Positions 1 to 9,710 of a DNA stretch of 64,000 nucleotides are shown one piece after another (positions within the stretch are counted from its first letter, which is position 1; the number at the start of each line of letters is the position of its first letter). A model generated the notes under the pieces. The model worked only from the letters and a program-made list of their open reading frames with translations, did no database searches and was not told where the DNA came from. This DNA is from Cycloclasticus sp. (GTDB taxonomy: Bacteria; Pseudomonadota; Gammaproteobacteria; Methylococcales; Cycloclasticaceae). Position numbers and translations under genes: made by a program. The stretch is taken from contig PADC01000009.1 of assembly GCA_002700385.1 (NCBI GenBank), forward strand, positions 2,094-66,093, read 5' to 3'.

Positions 1-87
1 TAATTTTAAATCTTAAAAATCAGCTCGTTTGATCTTTGTGTTTTCGATTGGCGTTTTATTTAATAAGCAAAAACCAGCACCTAGCAT

Positions 88-118
88 AAAAAAAGGCCGA
101 ACAAGGTTTATTCGGCCT
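88..118 (-). terminator. Rho-independent terminator after the alcohol dehydrogenase gene
   Basis: GGCCGAA (95-101) / TTCGGCC (111-117) stem. On the minus strand it is followed by a 7-nt U run (A88-A94 on +). Lies about 20 nt past the ADH stop. Confidence 0.6.
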
Positions 119-138
119 GAATAGTTTAATACGTTCAA

Positions 139-1194
139 TTAAGGTGTTAGCACTGCCCTACCCACCACGTTACCGTCTTCTAATTCGTTAAGAATATCGT
201 TGGCTGTATCCAATGCGTAGGTTTTAGTCGGTAAGGCGGGCACTAAGCCTTTATGTGCTAAATCCATCAGTTCGCCAAACTCGACCAAGCTACCCACGTA
301 ACTGCCCATAATGGTGACGGCTTTAACCGGAATGAGTGGCAGTGCCCACGGTGTTGACCCACCAAACAAACCAACGATGACCATTTTGCCGCCTTTTGCA
401 ACGGCATTAAACGCCAAGGAGGCTGTGCTTTCTGCGCCCACTAAATCAATGGTTGCTTGAACGCCCGTACCCCCCACAGCGGCTTGAACCTGAGCCACGG
501 CATCTTCGGCAGCACCATCTATGGCGGCGCTGGCCCCGGCTTTAAGGGCTGCTTCGCGTTTAACGGGGTCTAAATCCACTACAACAGGAGGTAAGCCGCC
601 CATTGCTTTAACTAACCCAACGGCCATTAAACCCAAACCGCCTACGCCAATAATAACAACCGGAGACTTAGCCAGAGTGTCCTGCACTTTTTTAAGCGCT
701 GAATACGTCGTTAAGCCTGAACAGGCTAATGGTGCGGCTATTTCGGGTGCCATATCGCCAATATCAAACAAATATTTTGGATGTGGGATTTTCATTTGGT
801 CGGCATACCCTCCATCGATATGCATTCCGACATAGCGCGGTGCTGAGCAGTAGTTCTCACGCCCATCTTTACATTGATGACATTCACCACACCCTTGCCA
901 TGGATAAACAACAAAGTGTTTGTTTCGATCGAGCTCCCCTGCCTTGTCACCCGCATCTAAAACCATGCCAACCGGTTCATGCCCCATCACAAGAGGTAGT
1001 TTCATACCACGATCTGCAAAACTTAATTTTTGCCCACCGCCCAAGTTATAACAGCCTTCTCGAATATGTAAATCGCTATGGCAAACGCCATTGGCCGTAA
1101 CACGAAGAAGAACTTCTGTGCCGGTTACGGTTAAATCGGGACGTTCTTCTCCAACAACTGCCTTACCAAATTCATTTAAAGACTGACATTTCAT
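139..1194 (-). CDS. Zinc-dependent (MDR family) alcohol dehydrogenase
   Basis: 351-aa ORF. GVCHSDLH catalytic-Zn motif, structural-Zn Cys cluster CGECHQCKDGRENYC, Rossmann GVGGLG, GAGGAG RBS upstream. Confidence 0.85.
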   Translation of the reverse strand: MKCQSLNEFGKAVVGEERPDLTVTGTEVLLRVTANGVCHSDLHIREGCYNLGGGQKLSFADRGMKLPLVMGHEPVGMVLDAGDKAGELDRNKHFVVYPWQGCGECHQCKDGRENYCSAPRYVGMHIDGGYADQMKIPHPKYLFDIGDMAPEIAAPLACSGLTTYSALKKVQDTLAKSPVVIIGVGGLGLMAVGLVKAMGGLPPVVVDLDPVKREAALKAGASAAIDGAAEDAVAQVQAAVGGTGVQATIDLVGAESTASLAFNAVAKGGKMVIVGLFGGSTPWALPLIPVKAVTIMGSYVGSLVEFGELMDLAHKGLVPALPTKTYALDTANDILNELEDGNVVGRAVLTP

Positions 1195-1212
1195 TTTTAT
1201 TATTCTCCTCGT

Positions 1213-2655
1213 TTAAATAACACTTTGACTGACAAATTTTACTATCCGATAAGCATCTAATCCTTCGTACCCCCCTTCACTGCCATAGCCTGATTGGCGT
1301 CGTCCGCCCAAAGGTGAATCGAGGAAAACCACAGGGTACCCATTGATACCGACTTTGCCTGAGTCTAAGTCGCGGCCTAATTTATCAATGGTTTCTTTTG
1401 AACCACTAAAAGCATAGGAAGCCAATGCAAAATCTGTATTATTGGCTTTCTCAATCGCTTCATCATATTGCTTAAATTTATTAATAACCGCGATAGGGCC
1501 AAAGGGTTCTTCCTGCATAATTCTTGCGGAATCAGGTACATTTGCCAGCACCGTGGCTTCGTAGAAGTTTCCGGCTCTATCCAGTTTTTTACCCCCTGTC
1601 ACCAAGGTGGCTCCCTTGCTGACGGCATCTTCGACTAAGGCATCTAACTCGCCAATACGGCGTGGGTTTGCTAAGGGGCCCATTTGTGTGTCTTCATCCA
1701 GGCCATTGCCTAAACGCAGTGCGGCGAATTTTTCGCTGAACTCAGAAAGAAATTGATCATAGATGGCCTCTTGAACAAAAAAGCGGGTCGGTGAGATACA
1801 GACTTGCCCAGAGTTACGACTTTTAGTGATCACGGATAAATCGATCGCCTTTTCTAAATCTGCATCATCAAAAATCAAGACCGGCGCGTGACCGCCCAAT
1901 TCCATCACACAGGGTTTAGCCTGATCGCCAGCTAACGCCGCCAATTGTTGACCCACGGGTGTTGATCCGGTGAAGGATATTTTCTTGATCACCGGCGATT
2001 CTATGAGCTTTTTACTGATCAATGCTGAATCACCCATCAATATATTTACCACACCCTTTGGTAAACCTGCTTTATCAAGCGCATCCACCACGGCCATAAA
2101 AGAGACCGGGGTTTCTTTGGCCGGTTTAACGATGACAGAACAGCCCACTGCAATGGCTGAAGCCATTTTACGGGTTGCTAAAGAAGCGGGGAAATTCCAG
2201 GCAGGAAAAGCTGCAACAGGGCCTATAGGCTCTTTTCGTACGGTTCTATCCACAAACCCTGTTAATTCGGGTAATGTCCGGTCATTATGATCCGCTGCTG
2301 CTGTTGAGCACCATTCTAACAGGCTGGCACAGTTTTCTACTTCTGCTTTTGAATCCGCTAACGGCTTGCCGTGTTCCAGGGTCATGCAACGCGCGGTCTG
2401 CTCTGCATTCTCACGAATAATTGCCGCTGCACGGTGCATAATATCAATTCGTTCTTCGTAGCTGGTTTTACGCCACCGCTCAAAACCCGCCGCTGCTGAT
2501 GCCAGCGCTTGGTTAATTTGATCTTCGCTCGCGATGGGGTATTTGGCCAGCACTTCATCCGTGGCTGGATTTAACACCTCGCCATAGCGGCTAGCTTCAG
2601 TAATCCATTCGCCATCAATATATAAAGCAGGTGTGGTGTATGTTGTGTCTTGCAT
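1213..2655 (-). CDS. NAD(P)-dependent aldehyde dehydrogenase
   Basis: 480-aa ORF. ALDH Glu motif VMELGGHAP and catalytic Cys motif NSGQVCISPTR. AGGAGA RBS. Confidence 0.85.
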   Translation of the reverse strand: MQDTTYTTPALYIDGEWITEASRYGEVLNPATDEVLAKYPIASEDQINQALASAAAGFERWRKTSYEERIDIMHRAAAIIRENAEQTARCMTLEHGKPLADSKAEVENCASLLEWCSTAAADHNDRTLPELTGFVDRTVRKEPIGPVAAFPAWNFPASLATRKMASAIAVGCSVIVKPAKETPVSFMAVVDALDKAGLPKGVVNILMGDSALISKKLIESPVIKKISFTGSTPVGQQLAALAGDQAKPCVMELGGHAPVLIFDDADLEKAIDLSVITKSRNSGQVCISPTRFFVQEAIYDQFLSEFSEKFAALRLGNGLDEDTQMGPLANPRRIGELDALVEDAVSKGATLVTGGKKLDRAGNFYEATVLANVPDSARIMQEEPFGPIAVINKFKQYDEAIEKANNTDFALASYAFSGSKETIDKLGRDLDSGKVGINGYPVVFLDSPLGGRRQSGYGSEGGYEGLDAYRIVKFVSQSVI

Positions 2656-2844
2656 GATGTGTTCTCCTGACTAAATTTAATCTTAAATAACAGTTTAATG
2701 ACCGAGGGTTTCCTAAAAATCTGGATTCGGCATTATTATCTTGTCTACTGTAACATTCGCATTTGAAAATGGCTTCATGTTAAGACGCCTCAGGATCACC
2801 ATGGGTTGGATTCTTATCATTAATCTATCTTGCTTTTTCTTGCC

Positions 2845-4491
2845 TCATCCTTGATTCGACAGTTCATCTGCGTACTGAAACATATAGTTTTGATAGCCCT
2901 TGTTCGCCTCTTCATTTAACACCTTCCTGTAATTTCCAAGGCCCGCTAAATAAAATTGCACCGCGCTTTCTTTACCCGGAATATTGGTGCCAAAAATCCA
3001 AGAATCTGCTTTAGAAAACAACGTTGCATCGGAAATTTCTTGGCAGGTCTTGGTCCAGTTTTGTTCTGCACTGAGTTTTGGTTCAGCCGTTATTTGGCCT
3101 TTATCGCGCATGGATCTAATTAAATCTGCAATCCATTCAACTTGAGTTTCTATACTGGGCGGTAAATTCGTGAAGGGGCCATTGGGACCTAAAATCATGT
3201 GCATATTTGGGAAGCCAGCATTCGCTACCCCTATATAACTGGTGGGTGCTTTCTTCCATTTATCTTTAATTTGCAAGCCATCTCGACCGCGTATATCCAT
3301 TTTGACGTAATTGCCATCCACGGAATCAAACCCTGTTGCATAGACAAGGATATCTAATTCATATTCTCCATCCTCAGTCAAAACACCTTTGGGTGTTATT
3401 TCGACAATAGGATGCGCTTTTACATCAGCTAACGTCACATTGTCGCGATTAAAGGTTGCATAATAACCCGAATCGCATAAGGGACGTTTTGCATACAGGT
3501 CGTAGGGTTTTAGTTTCTCTGCAACCGCCGGATCATCAACGATTTCGTCAATTTTTTTGCGAATAAAAGCACACGCTGCTTCATTTGCACCCGGATCAAC
3601 CGCAATATCGCAGAATGTTTCAAACATAAAACGGAAAACCCCGCCTTTTTGCCAAGCCGCCTCAAACACTTTGTCGGTTTCTTCAACAGGCAAACCCGCC
3701 GCTGGGACTGTGCTTTCTACAAAACCGAAAGCGACATTGGAGTTTTTAATTTGTTTCCAACTAGCGTCATAATTCGCTTTAATATCATTAGAAAACTCTT
3801 CAGATATTGGGCCATTGCCAATCGGCACGGTATATTGAGGTGAGCGCTGAAAGACAGTTAAATGACCGGCGGTTTTTGCGGCTTCGGTAATAAATTGTGT
3901 CCCAGTTGAGCCGGTTCCAATAACACCAACACGTTTGCCTGAAAAATCCACGCCTTCATGCGGCCAATTAGCCGTATGGAATTGCTGACCTTGAAAAGTT
4001 TCACGGCCCTTAAAATTGGGAACATTCGTTGCCGATAATAAACCTAAGCCGGTGATAAAGTGTTGGGCTGTTACGTTATCTCCCCGATCGGTGGTTATGT
4101 GCCAACGGTTTGTGTCCTCATTAAAGATAGCGGATGTCACCTTTGTATCAAATTGATAACTTTTTCGAATGTCGTAACGATCTGCAAAATGACTCAGGTA
4201 TTCTAAAATTTCACGTTGATTTACATAACGATTTTTCCAAGTCCACTCTTGTAGCAGTTCTTTATCAAAGGAATAACTATAAAAAAAACTTTCCGTGTCT
4301 GACAAAATACCCGGGTAACGGTTTGCATACCAAGTCCCCCCAATATCACCGCCTTTGTCATAACTTTGCACTTTCATGCCCAAGTCATCACGCAGTTTAT
4401 GCGTCATATACATGCCACCAAAACCGGCTCCAACGACAATGGCGTCGAAATCAGCAGAAGGCATTGAACAACCCGTACCTTGTTGAGTCAT
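2845..4491 (-). CDS. Baeyer-Villiger (flavin, type I) monooxygenase
   Basis: FAD GxGxxG (VVGAGFGG), BVMO fingerprint FxGxxxHxxxWP (FQGQQFHTANWP), second Rossmann GVIGTGSTG. Start moved to ATG 4491 (GGAGA RBS) because the 4545 start overlaps the esterase gene. Confidence 0.85.
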   Translation of the reverse strand: MTQQGTGCSMPSADFDAIVVGAGFGGMYMTHKLRDDLGMKVQSYDKGGDIGGTWYANRYPGILSDTESFFYSYSFDKELLQEWTWKNRYVNQREILEYLSHFADRYDIRKSYQFDTKVTSAIFNEDTNRWHITTDRGDNVTAQHFITGLGLLSATNVPNFKGRETFQGQQFHTANWPHEGVDFSGKRVGVIGTGSTGTQFITEAAKTAGHLTVFQRSPQYTVPIGNGPISEEFSNDIKANYDASWKQIKNSNVAFGFVESTVPAAGLPVEETDKVFEAAWQKGGVFRFMFETFCDIAVDPGANEAACAFIRKKIDEIVDDPAVAEKLKPYDLYAKRPLCDSGYYATFNRDNVTLADVKAHPIVEITPKGVLTEDGEYELDILVYATGFDSVDGNYVKMDIRGRDGLQIKDKWKKAPTSYIGVANAGFPNMHMILGPNGPFTNLPPSIETQVEWIADLIRSMRDKGQITAEPKLSAEQNWTKTCQEISDATLFSKADSWIFGTNIPGKESAVQFYLAGLGNYRKVLNEEANKGYQNYMFQYADELSNQG

Positions 4492-4526
4492 TATGTTCTC
4501 CGTTAATTTTATTGTTTTATTTTTTA

Positions 4527-5426
4527 TTATAAATTTGCATACCATTCAGAAATTTTCTGAATTTCTTCATCCGCCTCAGGTGCTCTGCCTGCTAAAAATT
4601 GAAAAACGTGTTGCATGCCGTCTACAACTGATAACGTTGAATTTACTCCCGCATCAGTGGCTAAAGTGTGTAAACGACGAGAATCATCCAGCAGTGTTTC
4701 TACACCGCCTGCCGAAATATACAATGGGGGGAAACCGGTGAAATCCGCATGAAGTGGATTGGCTAATGCGTTTTTAGGATCACCCTGTTCACCTAAAAAC
4801 ATACCCACCATTCCTTCTAAAACAGGTCGTTTAACAAGTGCATCCGTTTCTTCATTGGTCACTAATGTTTCGCCCGTTAATGCCATATCTAACCACGGTG
4901 AAAAAGCAATCACACTGCTTGGTAATGGTAAGCCCAATTCACGAAATTGAAGAACCGAGGCAATGGCCAAATTACCGCCCGCCGAATCGCCAATTGTTGT
5001 AATATTGTCAGCCTGCACTCCGCGTTTTAGCAGTGCTTTATATACGGAAACTGCATCATCAAGCTGTGCTGGAAATGGATTTTCAGGCGCTAGGCGATAA
5101 TCAAGCACCAAGGCTGAAACACCCAATGCTTTTGCCATATGCCCCGCTAATTTACGATGGCTGTCCGCCGAACCCACAGCAAAACCACCCCCATGGGTAT
5201 AAATAAGAACCTTTGAGTAGTCACCCCCAAGCGGCAAGGCCCATAGGCCTTTAACCCCTGCTACGGTGTCGTTTTTATACGTCACATTCTCAGGTTCCAT
5301 CGTTGGTTTTGACCATTCATCGAACAGAGCCCGCATGTCCTCAAGACCCATGTCTGGGTTTGCTGTCATGCGGTCCATCCAATTTTGGTAAAGCGCCCTC
5401 AAATAGTCTGATTCTATTGATGCCAT
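4527..5426 (-). CDS. Alpha/beta-hydrolase esterase, HSL (family IV) type
   Basis: Oxyanion HGGG (YTHGGGF) and nucleophile elbow GDSAGGN. Start placed at ATG 5426 (MASIES) behind a GAGGAAGG RBS; the ORF is open to 5465. Confidence 0.8.
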   Translation of the reverse strand: MASIESDYLRALYQNWMDRMTANPDMGLEDMRALFDEWSKPTMEPENVTYKNDTVAGVKGLWALPLGGDYSKVLIYTHGGGFAVGSADSHRKLAGHMAKALGVSALVLDYRLAPENPFPAQLDDAVSVYKALLKRGVQADNITTIGDSAGGNLAIASVLQFRELGLPLPSSVIAFSPWLDMALTGETLVTNEETDALVKRPVLEGMVGMFLGEQGDPKNALANPLHADFTGFPPLYISAGGVETLLDDSRRLHTLATDAGVNSTLSVVDGMQHVFQFLAGRAPEADEEIQKISEWYANL

Positions 5427-5621
5427 GTTCCCTTCCTCAGGATATTGTTTTATTTTCGCTATCACTCGAATTAAGCCATCTAATCTATTGATTTTTTATT
5501 GTCTTTAGATGACTGATTTTTTCAGTAAGACTGCCTCATTATAGAAATATAAAAAATCGATTTTATAGAACCATTCCAGCTTAATTTAGAACATTCTTGC
5601 TGTCTTAATATATAACCTCTT

Positions 5622-6518
5622 TCAATGTTTTGGGCGACGAAACGTCGCTGGAGTTTTGCCAGTTACTCGACGCATCACGCGTGTCAAATGGCTTTGATCT
5701 GAAAAGCCACATTGACATGAAATTTGTTTAATTGGCAACGTTGTTTTTGATAATAACTTTAAAGCACGCTCCACTCTTTTTTTCATCACATAGGCATGTG
5801 GCGGACAACCAAAATCATGACTGAATTTACGACTGAAGTGAAATGAACTGATATGCACCAACTCAGCCAGTTCGGCTATGGTGATTTTGGTTTCCAGATG
5901 CGTTTCAATAAAATCTTTAATCAAATGTCGTTGATGTATTGAAAACCCTCCGGATGAAGCATCATTAAAAACAATGTTTGAATACCGGCGTAAAATATGA
6001 ACACAAGCTTGATTTTTTAGTGCATCAATATATAACGAAGCCCCTATCCCTCCCGTTATTAATTCACGTTCCATCTGGGTCACCAAAGCCGGAAGGACTG
6101 GGTCTTCAGCCCTGACACAATCCGTTAATTCAATAGTCGCAATATCCCGATCAAACACCTCAGTGGCTACCGAAGCAAGGGTGTCTTGAGACAGGTAAAG
6201 ATGTGATACGTCTATTGGGCTGTCCCATTTCCATTGCGATTGTTGAGCCCGCGTTAGAATTGAAACCACACCGGGTTCAACCTGATGATTCTCCCATGGC
6301 CCATCACGCCGACGGCTCATCTTGGATCGTTTCCCCCTGTAAACAACAAACATATAATCTCGCATCGCCGGAATCACAACATCCAGATCATCATACTGAT
6401 AACCACGCAGCGACATGCCATCCCATGCCTGTCGGCAACTGTCAAAAGTAATCTTGCCAGGAATCCAATGTTGGATCTTATCCGGTTCTACGAGTGTGTT
6501 AATGCCCTCTCCCCTCAT
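5622..6518 (-). CDS. AraC/XylS-family transcriptional regulator
   Basis: C-terminal double HTH typical of AraC (IAELAELVHISSFHFSRKFSHDFGCPPHAYVMKKRVERALKLL ... GFSDQSHLTRVMRRVTG). Confidence 0.8.
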   Translation of the reverse strand: MRGEGINTLVEPDKIQHWIPGKITFDSCRQAWDGMSLRGYQYDDLDVVIPAMRDYMFVVYRGKRSKMSRRRDGPWENHQVEPGVVSILTRAQQSQWKWDSPIDVSHLYLSQDTLASVATEVFDRDIATIELTDCVRAEDPVLPALVTQMERELITGGIGASLYIDALKNQACVHILRRYSNIVFNDASSGGFSIHQRHLIKDFIETHLETKITIAELAELVHISSFHFSRKFSHDFGCPPHAYVMKKRVERALKLLSKTTLPIKQISCQCGFSDQSHLTRVMRRVTGKTPATFRRPKH

Positions 6519-6563
6519 TACTTTTTATCGCCCTTAGTGAATAACCGAGCTTAGAAAATAAAA

Positions 6564-6989
6564 CTATGCTCGGGCTACGTTCAAAAATTCATCGGGTACA
6601 GGCGCCAGTTTTCGGGTTGTATAATCCATAAACACAATGCCTGTTTTAGCCACTGCAACGGTAGCACCTGACTTTTTATTGCTCACTTTATAAAAAAAGT
6701 CGCACCCTTTGGATGAAAAATCGCCCAAGGCGATTTCAACATTAAGCTTATCGCCAAAATAAGCCTCTGAACGATAATTCACTGCAATATCTGCCATGAT
6801 AATCCCTTTCCCACCAACATCTAGTTCAGACATATTATGTGCTTTGAAAAATTGTGCCCTGGCCTCATGCAGTAGAGAAATGACGCTATCATGCGCCAAA
6901 TGATCAGCAAAATTTAAATCGGTAACACGGACCGACAATTCATGTTCAAACAGGGTGTTACCGGGGTATTCAATTGAAATTCTTGCCAT
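6564..6989 (-). CDS. Hotdog-fold acyl-CoA thioesterase (4HBT/YbgC-like)
   Basis: About 141 aa from MARISIEY. Size and the N-terminal DLNFADHLAH segment fit 4HBT thioesterases. The upstream extension to 7055 is unlikely. Confidence 0.55.
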   Translation of the reverse strand: MARISIEYPGNTLFEHELSVRVTDLNFADHLAHDSVISLLHEARAQFFKAHNMSELDVGGKGIIMADIAVNYRSEAYFGDKLNVEIALGDFSSKGCDFFYKVSNKKSGATVAVAKTGIVFMDYTTRKLAPVPDEFLNVARA

Positions 6990-7058
6990 TGATCTATTGT
7001 TAGTTAGTTTTAAGTGATGAATCCAAATGTGTTTTATAAAGAATCCTACCAGCAAATC

Positions 7059-7841
7059 TTATTTTTTATTAAAAAACTGTTCAAGTGCTTCTTGATGCTC
7101 CGGCGCATGATGAAACATGGCTTGATTCGCTGAACAAAGATTAAGGTGGTCTTCATAACCCAAGCTATCGGTTGACCTTAATAAACGTTTAGTAACCACC
7201 AAGGTTTCACGTGATTTTTCAGCAATGCTCGCCGCCAACTCCTTGGCTTCGCTCAACAGTTTGTCATGTTCCACAAGCTTTAAAACCAGCCCCATCTCTA
7301 AAGCCTCTTGCGCTTTAACCGTTTTGCCTGTGAGGATTAATTCTGCCGCCCGTTGCGCTCCAACGGTTTTACGTAACAACCAACAAGCTCCGTCTCCCGG
7401 AATAACGGCTAAGTTTAAAAACGACGAACAAAAACTCGCCCGTTCAGACGCGATTCTAATATCACACAGTAGCGCTAAATCAAACCCTGCCCCTGCCGCT
7501 GCACCATTGACCGCAGCTATCATGGGAATTTCTATAGAGTAAAGCAGTTTGGATAAGCTATGAATGCCCTTGCGGTAATTATTTTGTAATTGCAAATGAT
7601 CCCCGGCAAACATTTTCTCTCTGTTCAGCATGTCTTTGACATTACCGCCAGAAGAAAAGCCTTTACCTTCACCGGTCAGAATACAAACGTTAACATCGGT
7701 GTTCTGTTGAATGGCATTGAAGACCGCTTTGACTTCTTCTAGCAAAACGGGGTCGGTAATCGCATTGCGGGTAGCAGGGTCACTTAAGGTGACCGTTGCA
7801 ATGTTGTTTTCTATCTCTAATTTAACCGTTGTATATGTCAC
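7059..7841 (-). CDS. Enoyl-CoA hydratase/isomerase (crotonase family)
   Basis: 260 aa. Oxyanion-hole segments GFSSGGNVKDM and AAVNGAAAGAGFDLALLCDIRIA. Confidence 0.8.
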   Translation of the reverse strand: MTYTTVKLEIENNIATVTLSDPATRNAITDPVLLEEVKAVFNAIQQNTDVNVCILTGEGKGFSSGGNVKDMLNREKMFAGDHLQLQNNYRKGIHSLSKLLYSIEIPMIAAVNGAAAGAGFDLALLCDIRIASERASFCSSFLNLAVIPGDGACWLLRKTVGAQRAAELILTGKTVKAQEALEMGLVLKLVEHDKLLSEAKELAASIAEKSRETLVVTKRLLRSTDSLGYEDHLNLCSANQAMFHHAPEHQEALEQFFNKK

Positions 7842-7868
7842 GTGTTTATCTGTCTTTAAGGTCTTTAA

Positions 7869-9200
7869 TCAATCGTACTTTCGAGAAATAATGCGTAGGT
7901 CTCGGGCTTGCTGCAACAGCCCATCTCGGTCTTCGGGGTGAGCAATGCTGATCAGCGCCAAGGCCCTTTCAGTAATACTTTTACCTTTTAAATTAACAAT
8001 TCCATATTCTGTTACAACATACATGGTGTCTGATCTTGGCGTCGTGACGACCGTCCCTTCTTCCAGGCCCGGTACAATCCTGGAGTGCGGCTGGCCCTCT
8101 TTATCTATAAACCTTGAGGAAAGGCACATGAATGATTTTCCTCCTTTAGAGGCAACGGCACCTCGAACAAATTGTAATTGCCCTCCGGTTCCGGAAATTT
8201 GTCTATACGCACTGCTTTCTGAAGCAACCTGCCCACTGAGATCAATCTGCAAACAATTATTAATGGAAACCACCTTGTCATTTGCTGCAATTTTGTTTGG
8301 TAAGTTTGTTTCATCAACGGGAATGCTGACGCACATTTCATTTTTATGAATGAAGTCATACATTCTTTTTGAGCCAAGCGCGAAGGTGTAAACGATTTCA
8401 CCTTTGAATGTTTGTTTATACTCGCCGGTGACTTTTCCTTTTTCAACCAAATCAACCATGCCATCTACAAACATTTCTGTATGAATACCCAGGTCTTTTA
8501 TATCGGAATGCGCTAACGCGGAGCAAACAGCATTTGGCATGCCACCAATACCAATTTGTAAACAGCTTCTATCCTCAATCAAGGGAACAATAAAATCAGC
8601 CACTTTTCGGTCAATATCACTGATCGGTGCGCTCGGCAACTCGAACAAAGGCGCATTGTCACCTTGAAAAACCGCATCAACTTCCGTTATGTGTACGCTA
8701 TTTTGATTGCCATAACAGGTTGGTATGGCATCTGACACTTCGATCACTATTTTCTTTGCAATATCACAACAGGCTCTGGCAAAGGTATTGGAAATGCCAA
8801 AATTAAAATAGCCGTGTTGATCCATTTGGCTGGTTCTCAGCACGAGCACATCGCTTTTTAAATATTCTCTATAAATCCCCGGGCCTTCACCAAAGTTAAA
8901 AGGAATATAGGACATCATCCCCTGCTCTGACTTTTTTCTGTCATAACCAGAAAAATGCCAATTTTGATATTCGAAATGTGCTTGGTTAGGATCCTTTTCT
9001 ATCACTTGACGAGCCGCGGTTGATAAGGTTCCTCGAACAATCACATCCCTCAAGCGGTCTTTTTGCGAAGCCAATTCCGTGTCAAAAATCGTTGATTGCG
9101 TTAAACCAAAACCGTAATCAACGGTGTCGCCCGATTTTACTAACGCTACGGCTTCTGACACACTCCTTGTTTTTTCTTTAAGCAATTTTTGTACTGGCAT
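7869..9200 (-). CDS. Acetyl-CoA hydrolase/transferase family protein (4-hydroxybutyrate CoA-transferase-like)
   Basis: About 443 aa. Family-like segments QIGIGGMPNAV and ISGTGGQLQFVRGA. ATG 9200 follows a GAGGAG RBS; the track start 9212 is a TTG. Confidence 0.7.
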   Translation of the reverse strand: MPVQKLLKEKTRSVSEAVALVKSGDTVDYGFGLTQSTIFDTELASQKDRLRDVIVRGTLSTAARQVIEKDPNQAHFEYQNWHFSGYDRKKSEQGMMSYIPFNFGEGPGIYREYLKSDVLVLRTSQMDQHGYFNFGISNTFARACCDIAKKIVIEVSDAIPTCYGNQNSVHITEVDAVFQGDNAPLFELPSAPISDIDRKVADFIVPLIEDRSCLQIGIGGMPNAVCSALAHSDIKDLGIHTEMFVDGMVDLVEKGKVTGEYKQTFKGEIVYTFALGSKRMYDFIHKNEMCVSIPVDETNLPNKIAANDKVVSINNCLQIDLSGQVASESSAYRQISGTGGQLQFVRGAVASKGGKSFMCLSSRFIDKEGQPHSRIVPGLEEGTVVTTPRSDTMYVVTEYGIVNLKGKSITERALALISIAHPEDRDGLLQQARDLRIISRKYD

Positions 9201-9275
9201 CTTTCTCCTCAATCCTTATTGAACAACCCTCACCCACGTTTTTTATATTTTTAGCGGACGTTTTGCGATCAAGCC

Positions 9276-9689
9276 CTATGGCTTCATCATTGTGCATTCA
9301 CCGATCACTACTTTTGTTTCCCCGACAAAACACACGGTGTCCAGATTAATGATTTTCTTTTCGACATTAATGCTGGTTATGGTGACGGTGGTTTTAACGG
9401 TATCACCTATTTTTACGGGCGCTTTAAACTTCATGCTTTGGCCTAAATAAATTGTTCCAGGTCCAGGCAGTTTCATCGCTAACGTGGCACTAATAAAACC
9501 CGCCGATAACATGCCATGAGCAATTCGACCTTTAAACAGACTGTTTTTTGCATATTCCTCATCGATATGTGCAGGATTAAAATCACCCGTAATACCGGCA
9601 AATAAAATAATATCCGCTTCTGTCACTGTTTTACTCATGGAAGCCGATTGGCCCACTTTCATCTCTTCCACACTAAACCCTTCAGACAT
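9276..9689 (-). CDS. MaoC-like (R)-specific enoyl-CoA hydratase
   Basis: 137 aa hotdog protein with the hydratase-2 motif FAGITGDFNPAHID. Confidence 0.8.
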   Translation of the reverse strand: MSEGFSVEEMKVGQSASMSKTVTEADIILFAGITGDFNPAHIDEEYAKNSLFKGRIAHGMLSAGFISATLAMKLPGPGTIYLGQSMKFKAPVKIGDTVKTTVTITSINVEKKIINLDTVCFVGETKVVIGECTMMKP

Positions 9690-9710
9690 AATTTCCCTCT
9701 ATACTTAAGA

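Noticed and set aside
521-1100. Plus-strand ORFs 521-835 and 729-1100, and similar antisense ORFs throughout (for example 1970-2290, 7225-7542, 50439-50915, 54720-55067)
   Set aside because: These are shadow ORFs inside strongly supported genes on the opposite strand. They have low-complexity or biased composition and no RBS.
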